Of a stretch of 64,000 nucleotides of DNA, positions 18,076 through 28,898 are shown in pieces; the stretch's first letter is position 1; each line of letters opens with the position of its first letter. The stretch covers positions 392,727 through 456,726 of the forward strand of contig DJQW01000001.1 in the NCBI GenBank assembly GCA_002437665.1, written 5' to 3'. The notes below the pieces were generated by a model, which had not been told where the DNA came from, did not search any database, and saw only the letters and a list, made by a program, of their open reading frames with translations. The position numbers and the translations under genes are program-made. The stretch is from Alphaproteobacteria bacterium UBA6376. GTDB lineage: Bacteria; Pseudomonadota; Alphaproteobacteria; Rs-D84.

Positions 18076-18760
18076 CAGACGCAAACATTCCATTTATTGT
18101 ATCGCGCAAATTCGCGTCATCAAAAAACTGATTGCGCTGGGCGGGTGTTGTGCCGTGTTCGTTATCTTCGAAATGCGGAATGTATTTCTGAATGGCAATT
18201 TTTTGCACACCACGATTGTGCAAATCGCGGGTGATTTCCATTAAATCCAGTTTTGAAACAAATCGCGGATCACATGTAATGCGAACCTCATAATCTTTGC
18301 CGGTCGCCTGCCATATGTCCAAACTGTGAATCATGCGGTCGTGGGCAATATTTTGACCCGACAACGCACCATATTTATCACGCGTGGTCTTATAATCCAA
18401 ACCAATCCAGTCAACTGTATCGGCGGCGCGTGCCAAATTTTCAGGGTAAAAACCATTTGTGTGCAGGCCGATTTTGAAACCCAAATCGCGAACGCGTCGC
18501 ATATAATCAATCGCCGCGTCCCCCTGCATCAATGCTTCGCCGCCGGAAAAGACGACGGCTTCTAATTTGCCGACGCGATTACGTAACCAATCAAAAACCT
18601 TGTCTGGGTCGTATTCGCCATCGCCAACATTCAACAAATGGGGATTTGAACAGTACACGCATCGCAACGGACACCCGCGCAGGAACAGCACCGCGGCCAG
18701 TTTCCCTGGGTAATCAATTGTTGTAAACGATACCAAACCCCCAATTTGAATGTCAGACAT
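18059..18760 (-). CDS. nrdG: Anaerobic ribonucleotide reductase activating protein (radical SAM)
   Basis: 233 aa; CPLRCVYCSNP cluster motif; downstream of nrdD. Confidence 0.85.
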   Translation of the reverse strand: MSDIQIGGLVSFTTIDYPGKLAAVLFLRGCPLRCVYCSNPHLLNVGDGEYDPDKVFDWLRNRVGKLEAVVFSGGEALMQGDAAIDYMRRVRDLGFKIGLHTNGFYPENLARAADTVDWIGLDYKTTRDKYGALSGQNIAHDRMIHSLDIWQATGKDYEVRITCDPRFVSKLDLMEITRDLHNRGVQKIAIQKYIPHFEDNEHGTTPAQRNQFFDDANLRDTINGMFASVIWRE

Positions 18761-18764
18761 TTTA

Positions 18765-18950
18765 TTATGCGGCCTTCTTTAACAATTCACTGTGACGTGC
18801 ACCGGTGGTCAAACTGTTTGCCTCTGTGAACGTTTTTCTTTCGCAAAATTCAGAGTATTTACCAATGTTAAAATTGGACACTGGTCTGATAAATCCCATT
18901 GAACGTGAAAAAACTTCACATGGTGTTCTCTGATTGCTGGCTGCCTGCAT
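18765..18950 (-). CDS. Small hypothetical ORF between nrdD and nrdG
   Basis: 61 aa ORF filling the nrdD-nrdG gap; no motif. Confidence 0.25.
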   Translation of the reverse strand: MQAASNQRTPCEVFSRSMGFIRPVSNFNIGKYSEFCERKTFTEANSLTTGARHSELLKKAA

Positions 18951-18983
18951 AATTTTCCTCCTTTCTTGTGCAATGCGTGTTGT

Positions 18984-21056
18984 TTATTCGTGATTACATT
19001 CACAGTTCTGATTTGCGGCGATTTCCGCGTCGCATTTCGGACAGAACTCATGACGCCCCGGCAAATACCCGTGTTTTGGACAAATCGAGAATGTCGGTGT
19101 CAATGTCATGTACGGAATCTTGTAGTTTTCAAAGATTGTACGTACGATTTTCTGGGCGGCTTCGCCACTGGATACAGGTTCGCCCATATACAGGTGCAAC
19201 ATTGTGCCACCGGTATATTTGCGCTGTAATTCTTCTTGGTGTTCCAACGCGACAAATGGGTCATCGGTAAAGTTCACCGGCAACTGTGTCGAATTGGTAT
19301 AGTATGGTGCATCGTGTGTACCCGCCGTGATGATGTCTGGGAAATTTTTCACATCGGTTTTGGCAAAGCGGTATGAACAACCCTCGGCAGGGGTGGCTTC
19401 CAAATTATACAGGTTGCCTGTTTGTTCTTGGAAATTTGCCAAGTTTTCACGAATGAAATCCATCACATCCAGAACCAATTTCTTGCCCATTGGGGTTGCG
19501 ATGTTTTCGCGGTCGCCCGTAAAGTTGCGAACCATTTCATTCGCACCATTTACACCAATGGTTGAAAAGTGATGATCCCAGTTACCCAGATAACGGCGTG
19601 TGAACGGATACAGTCCACGTTCCATATTCTTGGTAATAATCTTGCGCTTGATTTCCAGCGAATCACGACCCATATCCAGCAAACGTTTCAGTTCGCGGAA
19701 CAGCCCGTCGCGATCGCCACGATGTACATAGCCCAAACGCGCCAAATTGATTGTAACAACACCGATTGAACCGGTCTTTTCCGCCGACCCAAACAGGCCA
19801 CCACCGCGCTTTAACAATTCGCGCACGTCCAAACGCAGACGGCAGCACATAGAACGCACATCGGTTGGATTCAGGTCAGAATTTAAGAAATTCTGGAAAT
19901 TTGGAATCCCATATTTTGCCGCCAAATCAAACAACGGTTTGACATTTGGATGTTCCCATGGAAAATCATCGGTAATGTTATATGTTGGAATTGGGAACGT
20001 AAACGGACGACCCAACGCGTCACCTTCGGTCATAACCTCCAAGAACGCTTTGTTGATTGTGTCCATTTCCGCTTGCAGGTCGCCATACGTAAAATCAACC
20101 TGCTTTTTACCAATAAATGGATGCTGGTCACGCAAATCCTTTGGACATGTCCAATCGAATGTAAAGTTGATAAACGGTGTCTGCGTACCCCAACGACATG
20201 GCACAGCACAGTTAAATATCAACGTCTGCATTGCGTTTTTTACGTCTGCATATGTCAGGTTATCAATTCTGACATATGGTGCAAGGTACGTATCCACGGA
20301 CGAGAACGCCTGTGCACCCGCAAATTCATTCTGTAATGTGCCCAAGAAATTCACCATGTGCGAAATCGCGGTCGCCATGTGCTTGGCCGGTTCGCATTGC
20401 AAGTACCCTGGGACACCATTGAACCCCTCGTACAACAATTCACGCAAAGACCAGCCCGCACAATAACCCGTCAGCCAGCCCAAATCGTGAATGTGAATAG
20501 ATGCATTTTTGTGTGCCTCTGCAATTTCGCGTGGGTACAGGTTCAACCAGTATTCCGCCGTTACGCGTTCGCTGGTACGCAAAATCAACCCACCAATGGA
20601 ATAGCCAACGTTGGCATTTTCCTTGATGCGCCAGTTTGATCCACCAACGTAACCCTCAATCACCTCTACGGCGTCAACGTATGAATCGCGAATTTCGCTG
20701 CGTTTCTGGCGATATATAATATATGATTCTGCGGTCTTGTATGCCTTGGCATCCATCAGTGCCTGAATCACGGTTTCTTGGATTTGTTCAACCGATGGCA
20801 CACGGTCTGTAAATTTTGCATCCAACGTGTTCAAGACGTTTTGGGTAATTGTCGCCACATCCGCATCAGATATTTCACCTGTGACCGCAACGGCCTTTTT
20901 AATTGCATCAAATATCTTTTTGGAATCGAACGGGACAGTTTCGCCACCGCGCTTTTGTACCGCAACCAATTTGGTCGTCAGCGTTGGAATAACCTGAATT
21001 TTTGTTTCGTTTTCTGCATCAGACATCTTTCTGTCCCTTGTTTTGTTAAAACACAA
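18984..21056 (-). CDS. nrdD: Anaerobic ribonucleoside-triphosphate reductase
   Basis: 690 aa; N-terminal ATP-cone, class III RNR core, C-terminal Zn ribbon (CPKCD...CECNHE). Confidence 0.9.
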   Translation of the reverse strand: MCFNKTRDRKMSDAENETKIQVIPTLTTKLVAVQKRGGETVPFDSKKIFDAIKKAVAVTGEISDADVATITQNVLNTLDAKFTDRVPSVEQIQETVIQALMDAKAYKTAESYIIYRQKRSEIRDSYVDAVEVIEGYVGGSNWRIKENANVGYSIGGLILRTSERVTAEYWLNLYPREIAEAHKNASIHIHDLGWLTGYCAGWSLRELLYEGFNGVPGYLQCEPAKHMATAISHMVNFLGTLQNEFAGAQAFSSVDTYLAPYVRIDNLTYADVKNAMQTLIFNCAVPCRWGTQTPFINFTFDWTCPKDLRDQHPFIGKKQVDFTYGDLQAEMDTINKAFLEVMTEGDALGRPFTFPIPTYNITDDFPWEHPNVKPLFDLAAKYGIPNFQNFLNSDLNPTDVRSMCCRLRLDVRELLKRGGGLFGSAEKTGSIGVVTINLARLGYVHRGDRDGLFRELKRLLDMGRDSLEIKRKIITKNMERGLYPFTRRYLGNWDHHFSTIGVNGANEMVRNFTGDRENIATPMGKKLVLDVMDFIRENLANFQEQTGNLYNLEATPAEGCSYRFAKTDVKNFPDIITAGTHDAPYYTNSTQLPVNFTDDPFVALEHQEELQRKYTGGTMLHLYMGEPVSSGEAAQKIVRTIFENYKIPYMTLTPTFSICPKHGYLPGRHEFCPKCDAEIAANQNCECNHE

Positions 21057-21280
21057 TATCTAGTGGTTATTTTGTTTATTTGATACCAATATATAGTTTT
21101 ATAGGTTTTCTATCAATACGTAAAACAGAAATTTTTTTTCATTTTTTACTTTACTTTTCAAAAGGCGGGTTTTCCGTACGTTTGCGCCGCAGCCGATTCC
21201 TCGAATCGGAATACTAAATATGTTTTTGTGTCAATAATTTGACCAAAACGCGCCCAAAAACGATTCGTAAAATGCAAAAA

Positions 21281-21299
21281 ACACAAAATATAGGGGTGT
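21281..21299. promoter_or_regulatory. NrdR-box-like palindrome upstream of nrdD
   Basis: acacaaaatataggggtgt resembles the acaCwAtATaTwGtgt consensus; about 225 bp upstream of the nrdD start. Confidence 0.25.
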
Positions 21300-21469
21300 T
21301 TTTGTAAAACTATGTCTATATGTTGACAAAATGATGTGTTTTTCAGTGCAAAATAGACCAAAATGTTAAAATAGGTTGTGTTTCCCATCCAAAAATGATT
21401 TAGTGTAAGTATGTCTGGGTAATGGTTATCCAGATTTTTACTTAAAACTAACAAAAGAGCATAATCATT

Positions 21470-23053
21470 ATGATGAAAAATGTATATGAAATGCTGCGTG
21501 ATGTTTGTTCCCAGAATAAAGACCGTATTTTCTTTGTCAGACAGAATGAAACATATGCAGACCTGTTAAAGAAAGTAAAGCAACGTGCAGTATTGCTGGC
21601 ACAACGTTTTGGTATTAAAAAGGGCGACACGGTTGCGATTCTGTCGGGTAACACCCCAGAATTTATCAAATCGTATTTTGCCATTTTGTCCCAAGGCGCA
21701 CATGCATTGATGCTGGACACTGGTCTGTCACAGGCAGAACACCTGAACATGATGGCACGCACAAATTGCAAATTGGCATTGGCGCAAAAATCGCATTTTG
21801 TGGACGGGGGCCCGACAATGTTCGATATCGAAACCATCGACGACACCGACGAAAACGATTTCGTCGCGGCGGATGTTGACAGAAACGATATCGCAATGAT
21901 GTCTTTTACATCGGGTTCAACCGGCAATCCAAAGGTTGTTGGTCTGACGCATGACAACCTGTTGTCATTGGCACAGGGTGCATTGTTCTATGAACCGGTG
22001 ATTCATCCGGGGTACACATTCTATGGGTTCTTGCCGCTGTATCATATATATGGTGTCGTCATCAATATTATTGCCCCGATTATTTTGCGTGGCCAATTAT
22101 TGCTGCAACCAATTTTGAACCCACGCGAATTTTTGAAGGATTTCAAAGAATACAGACCAGAGGTTATACCCGCCGTCCCACGTATATGGGAGGGGTTCTA
22201 TAAAAAGATTGTGGACAGTGCACGTGAAAAACACATGTACACCGTTATGCGTATGGTGATGTCATCACGTCGCGTACTGCGCGCAATCGGATTGGGATGC
22301 ATCGTGGACAAGGTTACAAAACCCGTTCACGATATCTTTGGTGGCAATACCAAGGTTCTGGTGTCTGCGGGCGCAACACTGAAACCAACAATTCGCAAAT
22401 TCTTTGAAAGTTTGGATTTTGTGGTTGGTGATTGCTATGGCCTGACAGAAACCACGGGGCCGGCAAACTTTAACTTTGCATTCCGTCGTCCTGATGGTTC
22501 GATGTATTATGCGGGCCCATTACCAGGTAATGAAATCCAGATTCATGATCCAGACAAAGACGGCGTTGGTGAAATTTGGATGCGTGGCAATATGGTCATG
22601 CCAGGGTATCTGGATAATGACGAGGCAAACGCCGCCGCATTCGAAGATGGCTGGTTCAAGACCGGCGATTTGGGCAAATTGGACAAGTATGGTCGCCTGA
22701 TTGTCAAAGGGCGCAAGAAACAGGTCATCGTTCTGGACAGCGGTAAAAACGTCTATCCCGATGAATTGGAAGACCTGTATCTGCAAAACGATGAAATATT
22801 GGCGGCGGCGGTATTTGAATATGTCATCGCTGGCAAAATCGTACCGTTTGCGGTATTTCAGGTAAAGCCCGGCACAACGGTTACCCGCGTCGCCATGTTG
22901 TTAAAGGCATCTAATTTGAAGATTGCACCATACAAGTGGGTTAAACACTTTGCAATCACCGAAGAAGAATTGCCACAAACATCGGCCAAGAAAATCAAAC
23001 ATTTCGCGGTCAAAGAAATGTTGGACAATGGTGCGTTCCAGCGCGCAGAATAA
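21470..23053 (+). CDS. AMP-dependent acyl-CoA synthetase/ligase (FadD-like)
   Basis: 527 aa; TSGSTGNPKVV and GWFKTGDLG AMP-binding motifs. Confidence 0.85.
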   Translation: MMKNVYEMLRDVCSQNKDRIFFVRQNETYADLLKKVKQRAVLLAQRFGIKKGDTVAILSGNTPEFIKSYFAILSQGAHALMLDTGLSQAEHLNMMARTNCKLALAQKSHFVDGGPTMFDIETIDDTDENDFVAADVDRNDIAMMSFTSGSTGNPKVVGLTHDNLLSLAQGALFYEPVIHPGYTFYGFLPLYHIYGVVINIIAPIILRGQLLLQPILNPREFLKDFKEYRPEVIPAVPRIWEGFYKKIVDSAREKHMYTVMRMVMSSRRVLRAIGLGCIVDKVTKPVHDIFGGNTKVLVSAGATLKPTIRKFFESLDFVVGDCYGLTETTGPANFNFAFRRPDGSMYYAGPLPGNEIQIHDPDKDGVGEIWMRGNMVMPGYLDNDEANAAAFEDGWFKTGDLGKLDKYGRLIVKGRKKQVIVLDSGKNVYPDELEDLYLQNDEILAAAVFEYVIAGKIVPFAVFQVKPGTTVTRVAMLLKASNLKIAPYKWVKHFAITEEELPQTSAKKIKHFAVKEMLDNGAFQRAE

Positions 23054-23172
23054 TCGCGCGAACACAAAACTGCCCGCGAATGCGGGCGGTTTTCTTTTGT
23101 GCAATATAACATATTGACAAAACGTGTATTTGGGCTATATTAAACAGTGTGAGGAAACAAAAGGATTTGCGC

Positions 23173-23988
23173 ATGACTACACTGGACAAAGAACAGGTAC
23201 GGTCTATCATCAGTTACAGTACCCATATTCCATACTTTGACAAAATGACGCCTGCGGCGTTGCATGATGCGTACGGCCAGATTAAATCCACCAGTTCATG
23301 GGACACACCAACGCATTCGGTGGCAATACGCATTGGTAAAATTGATGGCAATGTTATTTGCAATGCACTGTGGAAAGAGATGTCGTTAAATCCTGTGCGC
23401 TTTGGCACAGTATCGCCATTTATGTTTGGTGGTAAAAATGACATTTATCGTTTCTGCAAGACCAGCGTTGTGGACAAATCCAGTGTTACGGGTCATTTGA
23501 TGGACGAAATTCGTCATAACTTGATTGCATATATGACATTAAACCGTGGGCACAATAACGCATGGCGTGATCACGTTTTGACAATGCCTGATGGCACAAT
23601 CAACATATTCTTGGACGAAAATGGTGCACCGAACAAGCAATACAAAATGTTGGCAAAATTGAACAAGAGCGTGCATTCGATTGCATCACAAAATATAGCA
23701 GATTTTCGTGTAAAGCGTTTCCGTAATGAAATCATCGCAGCGGTATCGGCACGTTACCCAGAGGGTATGCGTCGGGGTATGGTTACAAAAGAATCGCCGG
23801 TGTTGACCGCGCCCGCATCAGTGACAAATGTTGCGCCATTTTCTGACGAAGAATATCGTTTGGACGAAATGGCGGAAAGCGCGCAAATCACATTGGACAA
23901 TGCCCAGTATGTCAGTGGCGCACAATTCGAACAGGCGCAACAGGATTTGGAACAAATAAGAGCATTACGCGATGCGCGTACATATTAA
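23173..23988 (+). CDS. Hypothetical protein
   Basis: 271 aa ORF from ATG after AAGGA; no recognised domain. Confidence 0.5.
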   Translation: MTTLDKEQVRSIISYSTHIPYFDKMTPAALHDAYGQIKSTSSWDTPTHSVAIRIGKIDGNVICNALWKEMSLNPVRFGTVSPFMFGGKNDIYRFCKTSVVDKSSVTGHLMDEIRHNLIAYMTLNRGHNNAWRDHVLTMPDGTINIFLDENGAPNKQYKMLAKLNKSVHSIASQNIADFRVKRFRNEIIAAVSARYPEGMRRGMVTKESPVLTAPASVTNVAPFSDEEYRLDEMAESAQITLDNAQYVSGAQFEQAQQDLEQIRALRDARTY

Positions 23989-24010
23989 AAAACGCCCGTT
24001 TGGGCGTTTT

Positions 24011-25249
24011 TTATTTGCAAACCGCGGTGTATGGCGCAAATGATTCTTCGGTATCAATTTCCCCATCGCCACAGTCCAGACAGTTAAATCGTCTGTTCTG
24101 GTTATGTGTGCGGTCAATCGGAACATTCTTGCCCGACATTTCTGGAATGTTGCCGGCATAATTTTTGTTTGGAAAACCGAAATAGAACGCACGGCTGCGC
24201 CCACTGCATTCGCGTGTTGTGGCGTAACAACTGGGGTCATTCAGTTTTGATGTATCGGGCACACAATATGACGTGCATGTGTCGCTGTCCAATATCATTT
24301 TTTCGCACGGTGTGCATGACGTTTGGTTCGCGCGCAGGGTCGCGCCAACCGAACCATATATTGCACCGCTGGTAAAACGGCTGCACTTTGTTATGTTTTC
24401 CCCCTTGGACGCGTCTGCCACGCATTCCCATTCCAATGTGTCATAGTTCAAACGTGCCACCATATTATCAGGACACGATTTTGTCGGAAATGGATTGATG
24501 CATTCCCACACGTCGTCAACAATAACCGCGGTCTGTTGCGATGCGCACAACGGTTTTCTGGATTCGTCCGCCACGCATTCCAATAAATCAGAATCCCAAA
24601 TCATATCGCCACCACAGTCGGTCTTGGTATTTATGCCAACGCATTGCCAGCGTCCAAATCGATACGTTTTAATTGTCCCCGTCGGGCATTTAATGTCCGT
24701 GGTGGTGTTTGTTGTGCTGCTGCTGGCGATATTTGTAATATCGTATTGCGTCATGTACACCAGTTGACCACTGTCCAATTTCATCGTTTTCATAATGGTC
24801 TTGGGCACGGTGTACTTTGAACCAATCGCCCCCGACACAATTTTTCCGTCCATCAAAATCCCAAACGTGCCGGCGTCAGAATAATATTGTTCCAGTATTT
24901 CAAACATACTGTTGTATTCATCTGGGTTCAACGCGCCAGTTGCGGTGATAATATAACTGTATGTGGGCTTTTTATTTTTAACGATTTTGCATTCGGTTTC
25001 CTTCATACTGGCATTCATACAGAACAGCCGACTGACAATCTGGTTCTGGGCGACGCAAACATCATCAAATGTTGTACCCTTTATCTGGGCGTTGTGAACG
25101 GCGGCCGCGCATTGGGCAATCGCGTGCAAATCGGCGCGCTGGGCGGCATATTCGGTTTCAATTTCTGGGACGCGGACGCTGGGGCTGTCGATGATATAGT
25201 ACCCCAACATAAATATAGCCACCAATACCATCAGAAAAATATTCATCAT
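24011..25249 (-). CDS. Secreted Cys/Thr-rich protein (family member 1)
   Basis: 412 aa; N-terminal hydrophobic segment, more than 25 Cys, T-rich tracts, CxxC/CxPC spacing. Confidence 0.55.
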   Translation of the reverse strand: MMNIFLMVLVAIFMLGYYIIDSPSVRVPEIETEYAAQRADLHAIAQCAAAVHNAQIKGTTFDDVCVAQNQIVSRLFCMNASMKETECKIVKNKKPTYSYIITATGALNPDEYNSMFEILEQYYSDAGTFGILMDGKIVSGAIGSKYTVPKTIMKTMKLDSGQLVYMTQYDITNIASSSTTNTTTDIKCPTGTIKTYRFGRWQCVGINTKTDCGGDMIWDSDLLECVADESRKPLCASQQTAVIVDDVWECINPFPTKSCPDNMVARLNYDTLEWECVADASKGENITKCSRFTSGAIYGSVGATLRANQTSCTPCEKMILDSDTCTSYCVPDTSKLNDPSCYATTRECSGRSRAFYFGFPNKNYAGNIPEMSGKNVPIDRTHNQNRRFNCLDCGDGEIDTEESFAPYTAVCK

Positions 25250-25340
25250 TCCCTCTTGCGATTTATTAAAACTCTAAGTAATATAATAACAAAAAGCAAC
25301 AGGAAAACGCACACGAACATAAAAAAAGGGTACATGCGCA

Positions 25341-25823
25341 ATGAAGAAAATTCTGGTGATTTTATGTTTTTTGATGTTGGGGGCGTGTGGTTTTCGGCCT
25401 ATGTTTTCTGGTGGCGATACAGACATTTATGTTGCACCAATCAGCGGCATCAACGGGATTGAATTACGTAATGCTTTGAACGCAAAATTTGGCGGCGCAC
25501 GCACGTCGGATGCCGAATACACTTTGACCATCAATTTGGCCGAACCATATACCCAGTACAAGGCACTGGAATCAACCGGTGACGCCACTTGGCAAGAGGT
25601 TGGCCTGCGTGCAAATTACACATTGCGTCGTGGTGACACAGAAATCGCGCACGGTGTCGAACAGGCATCAGAATCATACACATTTGTGCGGTACTTGGTT
25701 GCGGCGAACGCGTCATATAACAATGCCGTTAAAAACGCAATTATGGTGTTGGCCGATAAAATCAGCACACGTACAATCGCCGAAACATCGCGCGTGCAAT
25801 CACAATCCGGTGGTCAAAAATAA
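25341..25823 (+). CDS. lptE: LPS-assembly lipoprotein LptE-like
   Basis: 160 aa lipoprotein (LGACGFRP lipobox) directly upstream of holA, the conserved lptE-holA arrangement. Confidence 0.55.
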   Translation: MKKILVILCFLMLGACGFRPMFSGGDTDIYVAPISGINGIELRNALNAKFGGARTSDAEYTLTINLAEPYTQYKALESTGDATWQEVGLRANYTLRRGDTEIAHGVEQASESYTFVRYLVAANASYNNAVKNAIMVLADKISTRTIAETSRVQSQSGGQK

Positions 25824-26815
25824 TGAAATGGAAAGAACCAGATTTTAACACAGGTATTGAAAAAATCACGGCGGTATTGCTGTATGGGCCGGACGCCGGT
25901 CGTATTGATGAATACTGTGATACGGCAATCAAAAAATTGGAAATTGACAAGGATAACCTGTTTGCGCTGGACGCCGATGATTTTCGGGACAAGCAAGATG
26001 CCTTGTTCGCGGAAAGTTGCACACCATCAATGTTTGGCGGCCGCAAGATGGTTATTATATCTGGCGCGGGCGATGCAATGACAACACGCATTGCCGAATT
26101 GATTGAACACAGTGGCCTGTGTGCGACGGTATTGGTATGCGCCGGCGATTTGCGCACGGGGTCATTGCGCACATATTTCGAAGATGATAAAAAAACAAAC
26201 GTTGCCGCATTGCCATGCTATACAGACGATGCGCGCGCATTGGCAACATTGATACGCAGTGAACTGTCCGCGGCGGCGGGTATCAAGCAAATTACACCCG
26301 ACGCAATGGCGTATATGACGGCGCACTTGGGCGGTGACCGTGCAATTACACGTGGTTTCTTGACCAAGATTGCATTGTATGTCGATGATAAAAAGACCGT
26401 CGAATTGGACGATGTGGAAAAATGTCTGCCGGATACGGGCGCGGTTGTTGCGGACGATTTCTTTTATTCGTTGACGGCGGGGTATATTGCCCAAACGATG
26501 CAGGCGCTGGACAGATTATTGTACACGGGCGTTGATTCAAATAAACTGTTGCGCCAATTACAAATGCATTTCAAAAAATTACAGGTTGCGGTTGTTGATG
26601 GACAACTGCCGAACCTGTTTTGGAAAGTTCGCGATAAATTCAACATGGCGATGAAGATTTGGCCTGCGTCTGAAATTGATGCGGTGCTGGTACGCCTGTC
26701 TGAATTGGAACGACAAATTCGTACAACCGGTATGCCGGTCGAGGTTTTATTTCGTGATTTCGCACTGAAATTGGCCCTGCGCGCAAACCGCTTGTCAATC
26801 AAGAGAAGGAACTAA
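25823..26815 (+). CDS. holA: DNA polymerase III delta subunit
   Basis: 330 aa; N-terminal LLYGPD clamp-loader delta pattern. Confidence 0.7.
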   Translation: MKWKEPDFNTGIEKITAVLLYGPDAGRIDEYCDTAIKKLEIDKDNLFALDADDFRDKQDALFAESCTPSMFGGRKMVIISGAGDAMTTRIAELIEHSGLCATVLVCAGDLRTGSLRTYFEDDKKTNVAALPCYTDDARALATLIRSELSAAAGIKQITPDAMAYMTAHLGGDRAITRGFLTKIALYVDDKKTVELDDVEKCLPDTGAVVADDFFYSLTAGYIAQTMQALDRLLYTGVDSNKLLRQLQMHFKKLQVAVVDGQLPNLFWKVRDKFNMAMKIWPASEIDAVLVRLSELERQIRTTGMPVEVLFRDFALKLALRANRLSIKRRN

Positions 26816-26820
26816 GAAAA

Positions 26821-27582
26821 ATGTTAGCATCTGTTTATGCACCAAAAGATTTCAAACGTCTGCGTGCGTCTGGCGATTTGGTGGCACGTTGTTTTGATTA
26901 TATTACACCATATATTCAGGCGGGTATTTCCACCGGTGAAATCGATCGTATGGTTGCATCGTGGTTGCATGCAAATGGTGCGCGTTCGTCTGACTTGGGA
27001 TACGAAGGGTATCCAAAAAGCATCTGCACATCTGTCAATGATGTTATTGTGCACGGTATCCCCAGCGATGATTGTATTTTGAAAGATGGCGATATCGTCA
27101 ATGTGGACCTGACCGCGGAATACAAGGGGTTTCATGGCGATATGTCGCGCATGTTTATGATTGGCCACGTTACGCCACGCGCGCGCGAATTGGTTCAAAC
27201 ATGCCAAGATGCACTGAATGCCGCAATCGCCGTTTGCGCCCCAGGCGTGCCGTTATCTGAAATCGGCAAAACAATCGAGGCCGTTGTTAAACCACATGGG
27301 TTTTCAATCTCGCGCGATTTTGTTGGTCATGGCATTGGCAAGGTTATGCATGATGACCCACAAATCTATCACTTTTATGACCCCATGTGGGACAAGGTAA
27401 AGATGGTGCCTGGTTTGGTGTTCACGATTGAACCGATGATAAACACGGGGCGTCCCGATTGCAAAATCGATGCCGACGGTTGGACGGCACGCACGGTTGA
27501 TGGCGGACTGTCTGCCCAGTGGGAACACACGTTGGGCATCACCGAAGATGGCGTTACGATTTTCACCGAACGCATGATGTAG
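26821..27582 (+). CDS. map: Methionine aminopeptidase type I
   Basis: 253 aa; pita-bread metal ligands (D..D..H..E..E pattern, FVGHGIG). Confidence 0.9.
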   Translation: MLASVYAPKDFKRLRASGDLVARCFDYITPYIQAGISTGEIDRMVASWLHANGARSSDLGYEGYPKSICTSVNDVIVHGIPSDDCILKDGDIVNVDLTAEYKGFHGDMSRMFMIGHVTPRARELVQTCQDALNAAIAVCAPGVPLSEIGKTIEAVVKPHGFSISRDFVGHGIGKVMHDDPQIYHFYDPMWDKVKMVPGLVFTIEPMINTGRPDCKIDADGWTARTVDGGLSAQWEHTLGITEDGVTIFTERMM

Positions 27583-27599
27583 GGGTGGGGCGCACAACA

Positions 27600-28280
27600 A
27601 TGGCGGGTTCGGACACTGATTTTCATACGGGACATCGCGAACGCCTGCGCCAGAAATTCTTGGACGGCAAATTGGCCGATTATGAATTGCTGGAAATGCT
27701 GTTGGGCTATGCAATACCACGTCGCGACGTGCGACCGTTGGCGCGCGGTCTGATGGCACAGTTCGGTGGTGTTCATCAAATTTTGACCGCCCCGTTGGAC
27801 AAATTGGTCGCGTTTCGTGGTATGGGACGCAACACCGCAATTTTCTTGAAATCAATAAACCAGATTATGGCAACCGGCTATCGCGAAAAACTGAGTGAAC
27901 AGCCAATCTTTCGTGATGCGACGGCGGTTGCCAATTATTGCCGCACGATATTGTCCGGTAAAACAACCGAAGAAATGCATGTGTTTTATCTGGGCTCTGA
28001 ATTATGCATGTTGGCGGACGATGTGCACAGTTGTGGCACAAATGACGAAGCGGTCGTGTACCCACGTGAAATTCTGAAACGTGCGCTGGTGCTGAACGCG
28101 CGCAGTGTTGTTCTGGTGCATAATCACCCAACGCCAAATAAATCATTTTCAACCGCTGACATAGAAATCACCACCGTGGTCAGGGATTTGCTGGCCGCGG
28201 CGGGAATTGAATTATTTGATCATTTTGTTGTGTCGGGCTCGATTGTGTATTCGGCACGTAATATGTTTTTGTTAAAATAA
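27600..28280 (+). CDS. radC: RadC-family JAB-domain protein
   Basis: HNHPT JAMM-like motif, HhH N-terminus; ATG at 27600 chosen within ORF 27519-28280. Confidence 0.75.
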   Translation: MAGSDTDFHTGHRERLRQKFLDGKLADYELLEMLLGYAIPRRDVRPLARGLMAQFGGVHQILTAPLDKLVAFRGMGRNTAIFLKSINQIMATGYREKLSEQPIFRDATAVANYCRTILSGKTTEEMHVFYLGSELCMLADDVHSCGTNDEAVVYPREILKRALVLNARSVVLVHNHPTPNKSFSTADIEITTVVRDLLAAAGIELFDHFVVSGSIVYSARNMFLLK

Positions 28281-28895
28281 ATCTGCAACATCGCATACAA
28301 CGCGCATTTGCTGTGCGTCCGACGCATTCAGTTCGCCATGGCGAAACGTGTACGTTGTTTTCGTTGCCATTGTTGGCGTAATCCATGTGTCCGACCATTC
28401 GCGCGAAATAATATCAACCCGAAACGCCGGCCGAAATACAAAGCGCAATTTGCGCAGGGCGCATTCCGCCCCCTCGGTCGTGCGGAATCCATCGGGCGTA
28501 ATGTCCGTGTACCCATTCTTGGTATTTAATTCCAATTTATATTCATAATAGAAATGGTCTGTACCGTTTTCAACGCGGGTGCGTGTTATGCGGTCAATGC
28601 GCCCATCGGAATTTATATCGCGATTAAATACATCAATGGCGGCAATGCCCGCGCCATATTCGTCCAGTTCGCCGGTTGTGGCGGCGTCGGGTGCGCCCAA
28701 CCCGTCGTTAAATTCGCCGTTCGCATCGCGTGATGGTGCTGCGTCGTCCACAATGCCGGCGGGTGACACAACGGTATTTGTATTGGTTGTAAACGGATTT
28801 TCCCCACCCAGTAAAATGTACAGCATAACCCCAATCGCCACCAACATAATGGCGAACATAATATTGAATCCGATACTGCCACGTTGTGTGTTCAT
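28272..28895 (-). CDS. Membrane-anchored hypothetical protein (third gene of a minus-strand operon)
   Basis: 207 aa; single N-terminal TM, D/G/N-rich periplasmic part. Confidence 0.5.
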   Translation of the reverse strand: MNTQRGSIGFNIMFAIMLVAIGVMLYILLGGENPFTTNTNTVVSPAGIVDDAAPSRDANGEFNDGLGAPDAATTGELDEYGAGIAAIDVFNRDINSDGRIDRITRTRVENGTDHFYYEYKLELNTKNGYTDITPDGFRTTEGAECALRKLRFVFRPAFRVDIISREWSDTWITPTMATKTTYTFRHGELNASDAQQMRVVCDVADLF

Positions 28896-28898
28896 GAA

